Shown here: one piece after another, positions 19,735 through 31,365 of the stretch | How the letters are laid out: each line of letters opens with the position of its first letter | Position numbering within the stretch: the stretch's first letter is position 1 | NCBI GenBank assembly: GCA_963737655.1 | Contig: CAVTTN010000002.1 | Coordinates: forward strand, 4,896,001 to 4,960,000 | DNA: 64,000 nucleotides | Source of the DNA: an uncultured Planctomycetota bacterium | GTDB lineage: Bacteria; Planctomycetota; Planctomycetia; Isosphaerales; Isosphaeraceae | Reading direction: 5' to 3' | Program-made: the position numbers and the translations under genes | The notes under the pieces: generated by a model | What the model was told of the DNA's origin: nothing | What the model saw: the letters and a program-made list of their open reading frames with translations, nothing else | Database searches by the model: none

Positions 19735-20918
19735 TCAGGTCGCCGAGGCCGATTCCCCCGCCGCCACGGCCCGGGCCCGGTGTTTCGGGGCCCGGAGGAC
19801 CAGGCGGACGGCCTCCGGCGGGCAGTGCCACCGCAACGGATGCTTCCCGGCCACGCCCTGGCTCACATGAAGGAGCGTCGGGCCTCGGCGGAAGAAACCC
19901 CGGTCGAACCGCCGGCTGTAGCGGCTGGGCATCAGGATCGCGCCCAGGACCGGCAGGCGGACCTGCCCCCCGTGGACGTGCCCGGCCAGCATCAGGTCGA
20001 TCCCCCACGACGCCGCCCGGTAGACCTCGTCGGGGGCGTGGCTCAGCAGGATGCGGAGGTCGGCCTCGGGCATCTGGCGGGGGTCGGGCTCGCGGCCCCA
20101 CGGGGCCACCGTCCCCCCGATCGCCAGGGAGCACCCGTCGGCCTCCACCTTCCGCCATTCCGCCTCCAGGACGTCGAATCCGGCCTCGTCCAGCGCGGCG
20201 AGGATCGGCCCGAGCGGGTGGCGGTAGTCGTGATTGCCGAGGATCGCGAACTGGCCGAGCCGCCCCCGGAGCTTCGAGAGGCTCGGCACGAGCCATCCGG
20301 CCACGTCGTCGTCATCGACGAAGTCCCCGGTGATCGCCACGAGGTCCGGCTCCGGGCCGTCGGCGAGGATCTCGGCGATCCGATCGAAATATCGTGCCGT
20401 GAACGCGTGAGAAAGATGGAGGTCCGAGACGTGGAGGATCGACAGGCCGTCCAGGGACTCCGGGAGCCCGGGGACCTCCACGTCCCACTCGTCCATCTTC
20501 AGGCGGAAGGCTTCATTGAACGGGAGGCGGAGGACCCAGGAGTTCCATCGAGGCCCGATCATCGGCGCGACGGCGGGCCCCGGGCGATCTCCTCGACCCG
20601 GGAGCCGACGGCCCGGCAGCCCGCCGGCAAGGGCCGCAGGAGGCGGGCCAGGGTCACCGCCGGCAGGCCGATCCCCAGCGTCCCCAGGCAGACGGCCCCG
20701 TAGGCCAGGATCGGCAGGGGCCAGCTCGGCACCGGCCGATTCCAGAGGAGGAACACCAGGGCGAACGTGGACAGGCCCAGCGCGGCGAGGGTCGCCAGGA
20801 CGACGTCGTCCATCCACTTCGCGTTGAAACCCAGGCCGTGGGCCGTGTTCAAGGCGAGGATCAGGAGGAGGACGTGCCCCGCCGCGAAGGCGAGGAGGAG
20901 GATCTGGTCGCCCGTCAT
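19735..20918 (-). CDS. Membrane-anchored calcineurin-like metallophosphoesterase (YkuE/YaeI-like); frameshift at ~20580
   Basis: SDLH, TGDF, GNHD, SHAP, GHVHGGQ. N-terminal TM helices lie in a different frame (20559..20918). Confidence 0.85.
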
Positions 20919-20946
20919 GCGGGGGAACCTCTTGGCGGGGGAGGGG

Positions 20947-22679
20947 TCAGTCGGTGGACGAGGCCACCACGGAAGGAGAGGGCGAGGGGGCCGCCTCGCC
21001 GGACTGGGGCCGGAGCGCCTGCTCGACGGCTTCCATCAGGCGGTCGGCCCGGAATGGCTTGTACAGGACGGTCTGGAGCCCTTCCTGGCGGGCCTTGACG
21101 ATCGAATGGGTGGGGTCGTAGCCGAAGCCCGTCATGAGGATGATCGGCACGCCGGGCTGGACCTCTCTGAGGCGGCGGAACACCTCGTAGCCGTCCAGGT
21201 CGGGCAGGCGGATATCGACCATCACGGCCGAATAGGGCGACTGCCGGGCCAGGGCGATGGCCTCGTGGCCGTCCCGGGCCGTCTCGACCGTCGCCCCTTG
21301 CCGTCCCAGCAAGTTGTGGGCCGCCTTGCGGACCGATTCCTCGGCATCGACGACCAGGAGCCTCGCCCCGCCCAGCCGGGCCGCCGGCTTGGACCCGTCC
21401 CGCCTCGGTTCCGGGACGATCGTCGAGCCGACCTTCTGGATCAGGCTGCGGATCTCCCGGGCCCGGAACAGCAGGTGCTTCAGGCGGTTGATGACCTCGT
21501 CGTCGTGGCCGGCGTAGCGGTCCAGGACGGTCGTGGCGTCGCTGAGGATGTCGTCCAGCGGCAGCGCCAGCTCCCGGCTGATCGCCTCGACCGACGCCGA
21601 GGCGGTGCTGAGCTTCTCGGCCTGGAGCAATTCCAGCGTGTTCAGGGCCGAAGCGACGCTCCTGGCGTAGATCTCCAGGAACTGGCGGTCGCGCTCATCG
21701 AAGGCGTTGGGGCTGGCGTTCTCGACGTTCAGGGTGCCGATGACCGTCCCGTGATAGAGCAGCGGGACGGTCAGCGAGGACCTCGCCCCGGCCGCCCCTT
21801 CGAGGTAGAGCGGGTCGTTCGCCGTGTCGGGGCAGAGGTAGCTCTGGCCTGTCGCCGCCACGAACCCGGTCACGCCGTTGCCCTCCTTCCGCGAGAATAG
21901 CTCACGCTTGGCCGCCAGGGGGGTCATCCCCTCGGTCAGCAGGGGGACCAGCCGGCCGGTCGGGCGGTCCAGCAGGCGGATCTCGATGAAGTCCAGCCCG
22001 AGCAGGTCCTTCATGTGGCGGGCGATGTTGTACTTGAGCAGGTCGGTCCTCTCCTCCACGCCGAGCTCCGAGAGCTCGTCGGGGGTGAGGTCCGCGAGCT
22101 CCTCGCCGGCCTTGTGGATGGCGTTGATCTTCTGCTCTTGCTGGAACTCGGCGGTGACGTCGCGGGTCAGGGCGATCAGGTGCGAGGGCTGGCCCGAGGG
22201 GTCCAGGACCGGCGTGACCATCACCTTCAGGTAGCAATGCGCCCCGACCCGAAGCAGGGTCGAGGCCGGGCCCTTCGACGCGATGGCCGAGGTGAACGGG
22301 CAGGGATCGGGCCGAGGACTTCCGGCGAGCCCAGGGCCGAGTAGAACCGCGCCTCCGCCGAATCGAGCTTCGCATCGGTCAGCTTCTGGAACTCCGGGTT
22401 CGCCCAGAGGATCTTGAGGTCCGGGTCGAGCACCGCCACGCCGTCGGCGATCGCGTCGAGGATCTCGTCGGCCTGGATCAGCACCGACGCCCAGCGGACG
22501 GCCGAGAGCTGCGCCGAATCGACGAAGACTCCGACGAACTGCTGCTGGCGAAGCAAGACGATCGCCCGGGCGATCGACCGGGCGACGACGACGTCGAACC
22601 GGTCCGCCAGGTCGTCGCGGGCCGAGGGTCCGGGCCGGCTCTCGCGCTCAATCACGAGGAGTCGGGGCTTCTCCGCCAC
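20947..22679 (-). CDS. PAS-GAF-receiver signalling protein; frameshifts at ~22225 and ~22310
   Basis: PAS-like ILDAIADGVAVLD..L.I.WAN, GAF (GVTGFVAATG...SSLTVPL...IGTLNVE), C-terminal REC (LVVDAE, DIRLPD.DG, MTG, YKPF). Confidence 0.8.
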
Positions 22680-23323
22680 GCCAGAAAGACTCCTCGGGAC
22701 GAGCCGCCCGATCGGCCGGGGCCGTCGTTTGAACGGTCGATGCATCCTATCGCGACCAAGGCCCCCGACGCAAGCGAACGGCCGAAAGCCCCAGGGCCGT
22801 TTCTCCCCCGGTGGAAGAGTCTTCCGAAGGGTTTTGTGCGGAACGGGTTCCGGCCAAACACTCTTCGAGAGGCAAACGGCCCTCGCGGAGGGCCCAGGGC
22901 CGAGCCGTTCTTCAACCCGATGCCGAGCTTGTACTCTTCCCCGATCCGGGGGAGGGCGCGGCAGATCCTCGAGAGCGGTTCTCGGTCGGATGGCGCCCCC
23001 GGAGGGCCGGCCTCGGCCTGCCGAGACCCGCGAAGCCGGCAGGCCGAGGGCTGCTCGACGAGACCCGTCGTGCGCAATCCGAGCGTGAACTGCTCTAATC
23101 AGAACGACCGAACGGCCGTCCCCAAAGCTGCCGGGCCTTCGAAACTCCGCCGCGCCTTTCCGACTCGCCGGGCCATCCCATCCGACAAAAACCTCGAAAC
23201 CCAAATAAACGACCCAAACTGCCAGCATGGGTACGTCACTTGCTAGGTCCGTGCGACGCCCGAGGTTGCGACGCCTCTGTGAAAGAGGCGCCCTCCGCCC
23301 GCCTTCGGCGCCTCACCCCGGAG

Positions 23324-24067
23324 ATGCCCGCGATGACGCCCGAGAACGGCTCGAATCCCGCCCCTGCGCCGCAGACGCCCCCCGGACCGTCCCGGAGGTC
23401 GTTCCTCACCACGGCGGCCAGGGCCTCGGCGCTCGCCGCGCCGGCCGTGGCGCTGGCCGCCTCGCCCGCCCTGGGTGGCAGCAAGCCCAAGAGGGGCGCC
23501 AGCCCGGCCGCCACCACCTCGACCCTGGGCACGCCGTTGCCCCAGTTGTACGGGGGACAGAACAAGTCGCTGTTCCAGGAGATCCAGTCCGACGAGAACT
23601 TCCACGTCCAGTACTTCCTGGAGATCCTCGGCTCCAACGCCCGGCCCAAGCCGACCTTCCAGAACCTCACGGCCTCCACCTACCAGCAGTTCCTGATGAT
23701 GTCGGCGGCCTTCGAGAACACCGGCGCCGGCGCCTATCAGGGGGCGGCCCCCTACATCTTCAGCCCGGTCCGCCTGGAGGCGATCGCCCGGGTCGCCTTC
23801 GTCGAGGCGTACCACTCGGGCTTCCTCAACGCCCTGTCCAACGACTCGCTGATCCCGGGCTTCACCAACCTGACCACCCCGCTGACGATCGACCAGGTCG
23901 TCATGGCCGTCTCGCCCTACATCGCCAGCCTCAACGGCGGTCCGCCCGCCACCTTCAGCACCACCCCTTCGGACGACAACGACACCGCCATCTTCAACTT
24001 CGCCCTGATCGCCGAATACCTCGAGCAGGAATTCTATAACACCAACGTGCCCAAGTTCTTCCCTTGA
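23324..24067 (+). CDS. Tat-exported ferritin-like (Ferritin_2-type) di-iron protein
   Basis: SRRSFL Tat motif, DENFHV, FENTG..AY.GAA, VEAYH, NFAL..EYLE..FY. Confidence 0.82.
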   Translation: MPAMTPENGSNPAPAPQTPPGPSRRSFLTTAARASALAAPAVALAASPALGGSKPKRGASPAATTSTLGTPLPQLYGGQNKSLFQEIQSDENFHVQYFLEILGSNARPKPTFQNLTASTYQQFLMMSAAFENTGAGAYQGAAPYIFSPVRLEAIARVAFVEAYHSGFLNALSNDSLIPGFTNLTTPLTIDQVVMAVSPYIASLNGGPPATFSTTPSDDNDTAIFNFALIAEYLEQEFYNTNVPKFFP

Positions 24068-24167
24068 GTTCCCCCTCCGACCGGGCCGGCCAGCCCTCGA
24101 CCTTGACAGGCGGGGCTGGCCGGTCCTAGATTGGGCGACGCACCGGCCCTTTCTCGGAGGCGACCCC

Positions 24168-24748
24168 GTGGCGACGACCGATCGGTTCTCCGCGCCGGAG
24201 GGGTCTTGCTCGTCATCGACATGCAGGATCGACTCCTCGGCGCCATCGCCGGCCGGGAGTCCGTCCTCGCCCGCTGCGCCCGCCTGGCCCGGGGGGCGAA
24301 GGCCCTGGGCTTGCCGATCTGGGGGACCGAGCAGAACCCCTCGCGACTCGGCCCCACCTCCCCGCAACTCGCCGAATTCCTCCCCGAACCGGCCGGCAAG
24401 ATGGCCTTTCGAGCGACCGATTGCCTCCCCATGAGCGAGCGGCTGTTCGCCACCGGGCCGAGCCACCTGACGATCTGCGGGATCGAGACCCACGTTTGCG
24501 TGAGCCAGACCGTCCTGGACCTCCTCGGCCGGGGGTTCCGCGTCCAGGTCGCCGCCGACGCCGTCGCCAGCCGCTCGTCGCTCGATCACGACGTGGCCCT
24601 CCGGCGGATGGAGCGCGCGGGCGCCGTGGTCACCACGACCGAGGCCGTCCTGTTCGAGTGGGTCGAGACGGCCGACCATCCCGCCTTCAAGGCGATCAGC
24701 GCCCTCGTGAAAGAAGCCGGACCGCCCCGAGCCGAACCCCAGGGATAG
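24168..24748 (+). CDS. Isochorismatase family hydrolase; probable frameshift at ~24201
   Basis: LLVIDMQ, TEQNP..LG.T, GIETHVCV.QT..D, DAV.SR. GTG start MATTDRFSAPEG joins VLLVID if one G is added at 24200-24203. Confidence 0.88.
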
Positions 24749-24754
24749 GATAGG

Positions 24755-25966
24755 ATGGACGCCGTGACGACGCCCCGACCCGCTCCTCTCGACCCGCCCT
24801 CTCGCGTCCTCCTCGGCCCCGGACCGAGCGAGTGCCACCCTCGCGTCCTCCAGGCCCTGAGCATGCCCCTGCTCGGCCACCTCGACCCGGCGTTCGTCGC
24901 CCTGATGGACGAGACCCAGAACCTCCTCCGCGACGTCTACCGCACCAAGAACCGCCTGACCATGGCCGTCTCCGGCACCGGCTCGGCCGGGATGGAGGCC
25001 GTGGTCGTCAACCTGATCGAGCCCGGCGACAAGATGCTCGTCTGCGTCAACGGCGTCTTCGGGGGCCGGATGGTGGACGTCGCCCAGCGCGCCGGGGCCG
25101 AGGTCACCGCGATCGAACGCCCCTACGGCGAGGTCTTCGACCCGCAAGAGGTCCGCGACGCCGTCAAGAAGGTCGGCCCCAAGGTCGTCGGCATCGTCCA
25201 CGCCGAGACCTCCACCGGCGCCTGGCAGCCGATCGACGAGATCGCCAGGATCGCCCACGAATCCGGGGCGATGATCGCCATCGACACCGTGACCAGCCTC
25301 GGCGGAGTCCCCGTCGAGATCGACGCCTGGGGGATCGACGCGGTCTATTCCGGCACCCAGAAATGCCTGAGCTGCCCGCCCGGCCTCTCGCCCGTCTCCT
25401 TCAGCGACCGCGCCGTCGAGGCGATCCACAGCCGCAGGACCAAGATCCAGAGCTGGTATCTGGACATGACCATGATTAGCCGGTACTGGGGTTCCGATCG
25501 GTTCTACCACCACACCGCGCCGATCAGCATGAATTACGCGCTCCGAGAGGCCCTGGCGCTGGTCGTCGAGGAGGGGCTGGAGGCCCGCCACGCCCGGCAC
25601 CTCCGCAATCACCGGGCGTTGAAGGCCGGGCTGTCGGCGATGGGCATCTCCTACTTCACGGCCGAAGGCCACCAACTGCCGCAGCTCAACTGCATCCGAA
25701 TCCCCGACGGCGTGGACGATGCCGAGGTCCGCCGGAGGCTCCTGAACGAGTGGGGCATCGAGATCGGCGGAGGGCTCGGCCCGGTCAAGGGCAAGGCCTG
25801 GAGGATCGGCCTGATGGGCCATTCGTCGCGACAGGCGTATGTCACCCTGGTCCTCGCGGCCCTCGAAACCTGCCTGAGGGACGCCGGAGTCCCCATCGAA
25901 CCCGGGGCGGCCCTGGCGGCGGCCTCGGAGGCTTATGGACACGCCTCGATGGCTCCGGTGGGCTGA
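24755..25966 (+). CDS. Alanine-glyoxylate/serine-pyruvate aminotransferase (class V PLP)
   Basis: [36 protein letters not shown] (PLP lysine), YHHT, WRIGLMG. Confidence 0.93.
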   Translation: MDAVTTPRPAPLDPPSRVLLGPGPSECHPRVLQALSMPLLGHLDPAFVALMDETQNLLRDVYRTKNRLTMAVSGTGSAGMEAVVVNLIEPGDKMLVCVNGVFGGRMVDVAQRAGAEVTAIERPYGEVFDPQEVRDAVKKVGPKVVGIVHAETSTGAWQPIDEIARIAHESGAMIAIDTVTSLGGVPVEIDAWGIDAVYSGTQKCLSCPPGLSPVSFSDRAVEAIHSRRTKIQSWYLDMTMISRYWGSDRFYHHTAPISMNYALREALALVVEEGLEARHARHLRNHRALKAGLSAMGISYFTAEGHQLPQLNCIRIPDGVDDAEVRRRLLNEWGIEIGGGLGPVKGKAWRIGLMGHSSRQAYVTLVLAALETCLRDAGVPIEPGAALAAASEAYGHASMAPVG

Positions 25967-25990
25967 GGCTCGCAGATCCGCCGTCCCGTC

Positions 25991-26026
25991 GGGTGGCATG
26001 CTTACGAAGACATAAGCATGCCACCC
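25991..26026. repeat. GGGTGGCATG-type palindrome (family C), possible terminator
   Basis: 14-bp perfect arms gggtggcatgctta / taagcatgccaccc, 25 bp after the aminotransferase stop. Confidence 0.75.
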
Positions 26027-26293
26027 AATTCGCGATCATGGACCGACCGATCGACCCGGCCGGGTCGGGGTCATGGGACGACAAAACAGGACGAGTAGCT
26101 TGCGTCGAGTTTGACGTTGAGGCCATACAACGTTTCACATGATCGCGCAATCAAGCATAGGAAGCATCAAAGGTTCGCAATCGAGCCTCGCCGGGAAGTT
26201 GACTACAGATTTCGCCGGAAAAACGCGAAAAGGGCGGAAATCAGGCCGGATTCGCGTGCGCAACGACTCGTGCGCGAGCAAATCCTCTCGCGC

Positions 26294-26312
26294 TTGCAAT
26301 TTTAGATTGCAA
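26294..26312. promoter_or_regulatory. Candidate operator palindrome TTGCAAT-N5-ATTGCAA
   Basis: Perfect 7-bp inverted repeat in a lower-GC intergenic region of about 700 bp. Confidence 0.4.
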
Positions 26313-26699
26313 AGCCACAAACCTCGTCCTCCTCGTGAGATGCGGCGGATCGATTTTTGGCCCGATCGGCCCCGATCGCGTGCCAAGTCGCGCGCACTCC
26401 GGGCGGCCGGGAATCATCCAAGACCCCGCAAACGATCGCGTGATGATGTTAGGAATTCGCCGGCGAATAATGCGAGGGCGACGGATTGGGTGATCGTCGA
26501 TGGCCCCGGTCGCGATGATCCGAAGGGGCGTTGAGCGTGGCGGGGCCGCCGTCGAGGCGGGCCCTCGCTCGAACCCGGCCAGTTCCTCAATCCGAATCTT
26601 TTCGGAGAAGTCTCTTGATCCCCCGCGATCGGCCGATTACACTTCGGTGAATGGGGAGATTCCCCGCTTCAGACACCCTAGAGCAGTGGGGGCGGAGCC

Positions 26700-28339
26700 G
26701 TGCGCGAGTTCGACAAGCCGATCGGTCGGGCGTGGCGACGGATGCGGTTCCAGCGGTTCCTCTCGGCGCTGGTCTGGTGCCTGGGGGCGGGGCTGCTGGC
26801 GGTCGCCGGGACGATCGCCGCGGAGAAGATCACCGGGCGGGACCTCCCGGGCGCGTCCTGGATCCCGTTCGTCGTGGCCGGGAACATCGGCGCGATCGTC
26901 GCGGGGCTGATCGCCCTGTTCACCGGGCCGAGCCGGGTCGATGCGGCCGTGGCGATCGACCGCCTGTTCGGCCTGAATGATCGCCTGGCCACCACGTTGA
27001 CCCTGCCCGAGGCGCTCCGCGACACGCCGGCCGGCCGGGCCCTGATCGCCGACACGCTCCGCCACGTCGGTTCCCTGGAAATCCCCGAGAAATTCGGGCT
27101 GAAGGCGCCGCGCCTGGCGTGGATCCCGCTGCTGCCGGCCGCCCTGGCGCTGGGCCTGATGTTCATCCCCGAATGGGCGACGACCCAGGCCCGGGCCCGG
27201 AGCAAGGAAGAGGTCGCCCAGGACAAGGAGCTGGTCAAGGCCCAGTCCAAGGCCCTGAGCAAGTCCTCGGCCGAGAAGCGCAAGGAGGCCGAGAAGAAGG
27301 AATTCTCCGCCGAGACCCTCAAGGTCCTCGCCGAGATCGAGAAGGCCGCCGACAAGCTCTCCAAGAGCCCCCGGCCGAGAAGGACAAGGCGATGGTCGAG
27401 CTCAACAAGCTCACCGACAAGGCCCAGGAGCAGCGCAAGAGCCTCGGCTCCGCCGAGCAGATCGCCAAGCAGCTCCAGCAGATGAAGGAATTCGCCACCA
27501 ACGGCCCGGCCGACGAGTTCTCCAAGGACCTGGCCAAGGGGGACTTCCAGAAGGCCGCCCAGCAGGTCAAGCAGCTCGCCGAGAAGCTCCAGAATAACAA
27601 GCTCTCCGAGGCCGAGAAGAAGGAGCTCAAGCAGCAGCTCAACCAGATGAAAGAGCAGCTGAACAAGCTCGCGAACATGGACCAGAGGAAGAAGCAGCTC
27701 GAAGAGGCCCTGAGCAAGGGCGCGATCACGAAAGAGCAGTTCGACAAGCAGATGGACAAGCTCGCCCAGCAGTCCAAGGACCTCCAGAAGCTCGGCCAGA
27801 TGGCCCAGCAGATGGAGAAGGCCGCCGAGGCGATGGCCAAGGGGGACATGAAGAAGGCCGCCGAGGCGATGGGCACGACCCAGGAGCAGCTCGAGCAGAT
27901 GGCCAAGCAGATGGAAGAGCTCGAATCGATCGACCAGGCCCTCGCCGACCTCCAGGACGCCAAGAACGGCATGGCCAACGACGGGATGAACCAGCTCGGC
28001 CAGGGCCTCGACGGGATGAACCGGCTGGGCCAGGGGAACCGTCCCGGCAACGGCAACGGCCTGGGACGAGGCCGAGGCCAGGGAGACCGCCCCGAGGCCG
28101 AGGACAAGACGGCCGCCTACAACACCAAGACCAAGGCCCAGATGAACAAGGGCAAGGCGGTCATCGAGGGGCCCGCCCAGGCCGGCAAGCAGATGAAGGG
28201 CGAGACCTTCCTGATCGACCAGGCGACCATCGAGACCTCCGCCGGGGAGCAGTCCGAGGCCCTCTCGAACCAGAAAATCCCCAACTCGGTCAAGAAGCAC
28301 GTCCTCAAGTATTTTGACGAGATCCGCAAGGGGCAGTGA
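26700..28339 (+). CDS. Membrane-anchored coiled-coil hypothetical protein; frameshift at ~27370
   Basis: N-terminal TM helices, long Q/K/E/M coiled coil, Gly-rich segment, C-terminal IP...KKHV.KYF. One missing C at 27368-27372. Confidence 0.8.
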
Positions 28340-28364
28340 GCGGGCCTCGAACACGCTTCCGCGA

Positions 28365-28450
28365 GGCATGCCCACGGCTTCTTGGGCATGGCTTCCCTGG
28401 AGAGATCGACAGGCCGAAGCCATGCCCACGAAGCCGTGGGCATGCCACCC
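28365..28450. repeat. Family C REP doublet (ggcatgcccacggcttc..gggcatg)
   Basis: 31-bp inverted arms 28365-28395 and 28416-28446 with one mismatch. Each arm is itself palindromic. Lies between convergent genes. Confidence 0.88.
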
Positions 28451-28471
28451 AGGAGGGGTCCGGAAGGCCGC

Positions 28472-29371
28472 TCACCAATCCCCCGGCCCTCGGCTCCTGG
28501 GCTTGGGGATGTCGGTGACGAGCCGGCCTCCCTTGAAGACCGAGATCGTCCCGGTGGATTGCGAGACGCTCAGAGCGATGGCCTCGGTGATCGCCGTGAT
28601 CGCCGCGGCGGCCTCGTGACGGGCCCCGAGCCCTTGCGGCAAGGTCTCCTTCGGCTCTCCTCCGGCGTTCAGGTAGCGGCCGGCGCTGAGCAGGACGCCG
28701 TCGCCCCGGATCAGGAACGCGCCGTCGATCGCCGAGAATTCCTTGATGGTCTCCTCCATCCTCGGGTCGAGCACGTTCCGTTCGGTCTCGTCGTAGCCGA
28801 AGAACGGGTTGATGACCAGTTGGCGGCTCTGGGCCATCACGCGGTCGCTGTCGCCGAGGATGAAGATCGTCCCGACCGGCCGCCCCTCGCGGCCTTCCAG
28901 GCCGAGCTCGCTGGCCAGGGTGAGCATCCGTTCGAAGACCGCGGGCGCGACGTCCGAGGGGAGGACCTCGGCGGCCGACCCGGCGAACATCTCGACCTCG
29001 CGGCCCAGGTCCAGGACGAACACGGTGTCGATCGTCCCGGAGCCGTCCAGGCCGGTCAGGCAGAGGACGCGATCGCCGCTGCGGAGCAGTCCCTCCGCCC
29101 CGGCGACCAGGACGGCCAGCTTGACCTGGCCGGCTCGGGTCATCGGGATGTTCGGGACGCGAACCACCGCGCAGAGATCGGCCCAGCCCTCGGGGGCCCG
29201 GAAGTGGGAGCGTCGCGAGATCAGGATCACCCGGAAATCGACGTCCTGGATCAGGTCGGCGAGGTCCGCGTCTTCCTCGACCACATCGGCATAGAGCAGG
29301 ACGACCCGGGCCCCGACCTCCCGGGCGATCGCATGGCCGTGACGGACCAGGCTCCTCGTCAGCAGCTTCAC
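28472..29371 (-). CDS. Diadenylate cyclase (DisA_N/DAC domain, DacZ-like)
   Basis: EGREG..VGT.F..GD, NPF.GY, KEFSAIDGAF, GARHEAAAAIT, VSQS. The GTG start overlaps the upstream TGA. Confidence 0.88.
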   Translation of the reverse strand: MKLLTRSLVRHGHAIAREVGARVVLLYADVVEEDADLADLIQDVDFRVILISRRSHFRAPEGWADLCAVVRVPNIPMTRAGQVKLAVLVAGAEGLLRSGDRVLCLTGLDGSGTIDTVFVLDLGREVEMFAGSAAEVLPSDVAPAVFERMLTLASELGLEGREGRPVGTIFILGDSDRVMAQSRQLVINPFFGYDETERNVLDPRMEETIKEFSAIDGAFLIRGDGVLLSAGRYLNAGGEPKETLPQGLGARHEAAAAITAITEAIALSVSQSTGTISVFKGGRLVTDIPKPRSRGPGDW

Positions 29372-31177
29372 GGCGACGCCTTCTTCCCGGGCCCCTCCGG
29401 GCCGAATTCCAGACCCACCCCGAGCAGGCCCATGTTGTCCCTCAGCTTCGGCTCCTTCTCGGTCCCGTCCTGGACGATCCTCACCAGGTTCTTCGGCTTC
29501 AGGACGCCCGAGGGGATCGCCAGCCGGACCCGATGCGGCGTCTCGTTCCTCGCCGGGACGTGATCGTTCAGGTCGTCCAGCCTCGTCCCGTTCACGAGGA
29601 CGTGGGTCCGCAACTGCCCTTTCTTGACCAGCTCGGAGAACGGCGGCGAGCCTTCGAGGCCCACGACCTGGACGACGTCCAGGGTGAGCCGGGCCTCGCC
29701 CGACGGGACGTTCTCCAGCGCGAAGGGGACCTCCAGGGGGGTTTCCTCGGCCTGGGGAGGGTCGAAGTCCTTCGACACCCGGTCGCCCAGATGATGGGTC
29801 GAGGGATCGATCACGATCCGGCGGCACGTCCCCAGGCTCACGAGCCTCCGAAGCCGGTCTCGGGGGACCTCCAGGGTGCCGACGAAGGGGATCTCCAGGG
29901 TCGCCGAGGATTCGGTCAGGGATTTCAGCGCGGCCTCGGCCGAGTCCGTGTCTCTGGGGTCGTTGCCCGGGGCGGTCCGCCACTCGGCGCGGACCCAGAG
30001 CCCCTCGATGGGCGCCGACTGGGCGGCCGTCCGTCGGAAGGCGATCCCGGCGACCTCCGACCAGGGCTCGCGGGCCTCCTTCTCCTCGATCCGGAGCCGG
30101 ACGGAGTCGGCATCGGCCGCGGTGACGTCGCCGAAGAGCTGATCGCCGGTCACGAGCCGAACCTCGTCCTGGGTCGGATCGATCTCGACCGGCCCGGAGG
30201 GGCTCGACGAACCGGACGAGGCGGAGGTCATCGAAGGTCGCGGCGAGCCCCTCGGGCGGAGCGGTCGGCCCGACGGTCTCCGTGGCCAGGCGGACCTCGA
30301 TCAGCGGGCCTCCGGGTCCGTGACCGTGGGCCAGGGCGTCGCCGTCGATCGAGATCTCGGCCCGGGACTCATCGAACCGGATCGCCAGGCGGCGCCAGCC
30401 GGGCTTTCGGGCCAGGGGCTGGACGTTCAACGCCGGCCCGCCCGGGGTTTCCACGGCCAGGCTGGGCTCGGCCCAGGCCGGGACCACGCGGATCGTCGAG
30501 CGCTCCCCCTCCCGTTTGCGGAAAGTGAGGTCGAGGAAGACCCGTTGCGAGGCCGCTCGCGTTCCCTCGTCCCGGAACCCGATCTCCAACCGCCCGGAGG
30601 CCAAAGGATCGGCCAGCCGGGTGGTGATCGACGAGCCTCCGGCCGGGAGCCTGAGCGCCGAGGCGCCGCTCCACCGCGGTTCGGCCACGACCTCCGGGCT
30701 CCCGCCCTGCGACCACCGCGCCGCGTCGAGGGTCTCGAACCCCTCGCGGAAGACCTGGACCTCGCCGGGCCTCTGGACGACCGAGGCCGCCCCCTTGCGG
30801 TCGATCTCCACCGGGAGCCGGCCGAGGACGCCGTCCAGGCGGATCTTCGAACCGTCCAGCCCCAGGAAACGGCCCGAGATCCGGGTCGATGAGCCAAGCT
30901 GAACCGAGAATGGCGCCGGCCCCGAGGGGGCCTCCGGCGGAGGGCCGTCCATCGTCACCTCGACCCCCGCGCCGAGGGGGACGGCCGCCGAGCCGTCGCT
31001 CGGGACGAACCGGAAACCGGAGGGCCCGCCCGGCTCGACGCGGCCGACGCGCTTCAGGCCGTCGGCCGTCAAGATCGAATCGGACCGGGGACCGGGCGGG
31101 GCCTGGGCCTCGCTCTCGGGGAGGGGAAGGACGACGACCAGGACGGCGGCCAGGACGAGGCGAGCGATGGGGTTCAT
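29368..31177 (-). CDS. Secreted multi-domain beta-rich hypothetical protein; frameshift at ~30200
   Basis: Signal peptide MNPIARLVLAAVLVVV, repeated L..GD.L.G-type beta modules. The C-terminal part is in the ORF-track frame 29368..30231. Confidence 0.72.
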
Positions 31178-31365
31178 GGGTTTGATTCTAAAGCCCCGCG
31201 AAGCCGCCCGACAAGCGGCCAGGGCCACGCGGCCCCTCGCCGGTCGTCAAGCCCTCGACCCCTCGGCCGGGACCGACGCGAGGCCCATCGATCCCCGGGC
31301 TCATCATCGAGGCCCCTGGGGATCGCCTCCATCGAAATCGTCGGGGAATCCCAGGCGACGCCCAG

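Noticed and set aside
22860..22920. c-di-GMP-I riboswitch suggested by GGCAAAC plus a hairpin
   Set aside because: Lacks the GNRA loop and the downstream GCAAA/receptor elements.
28472..31228. Single 918-aa secreted protein-DAC fusion in the ORF track
   Set aside because: The middle third is out-of-frame, Arg/Gly-rich text caused by the indel near 30200. Two genes with a GTGA overlap fit better.
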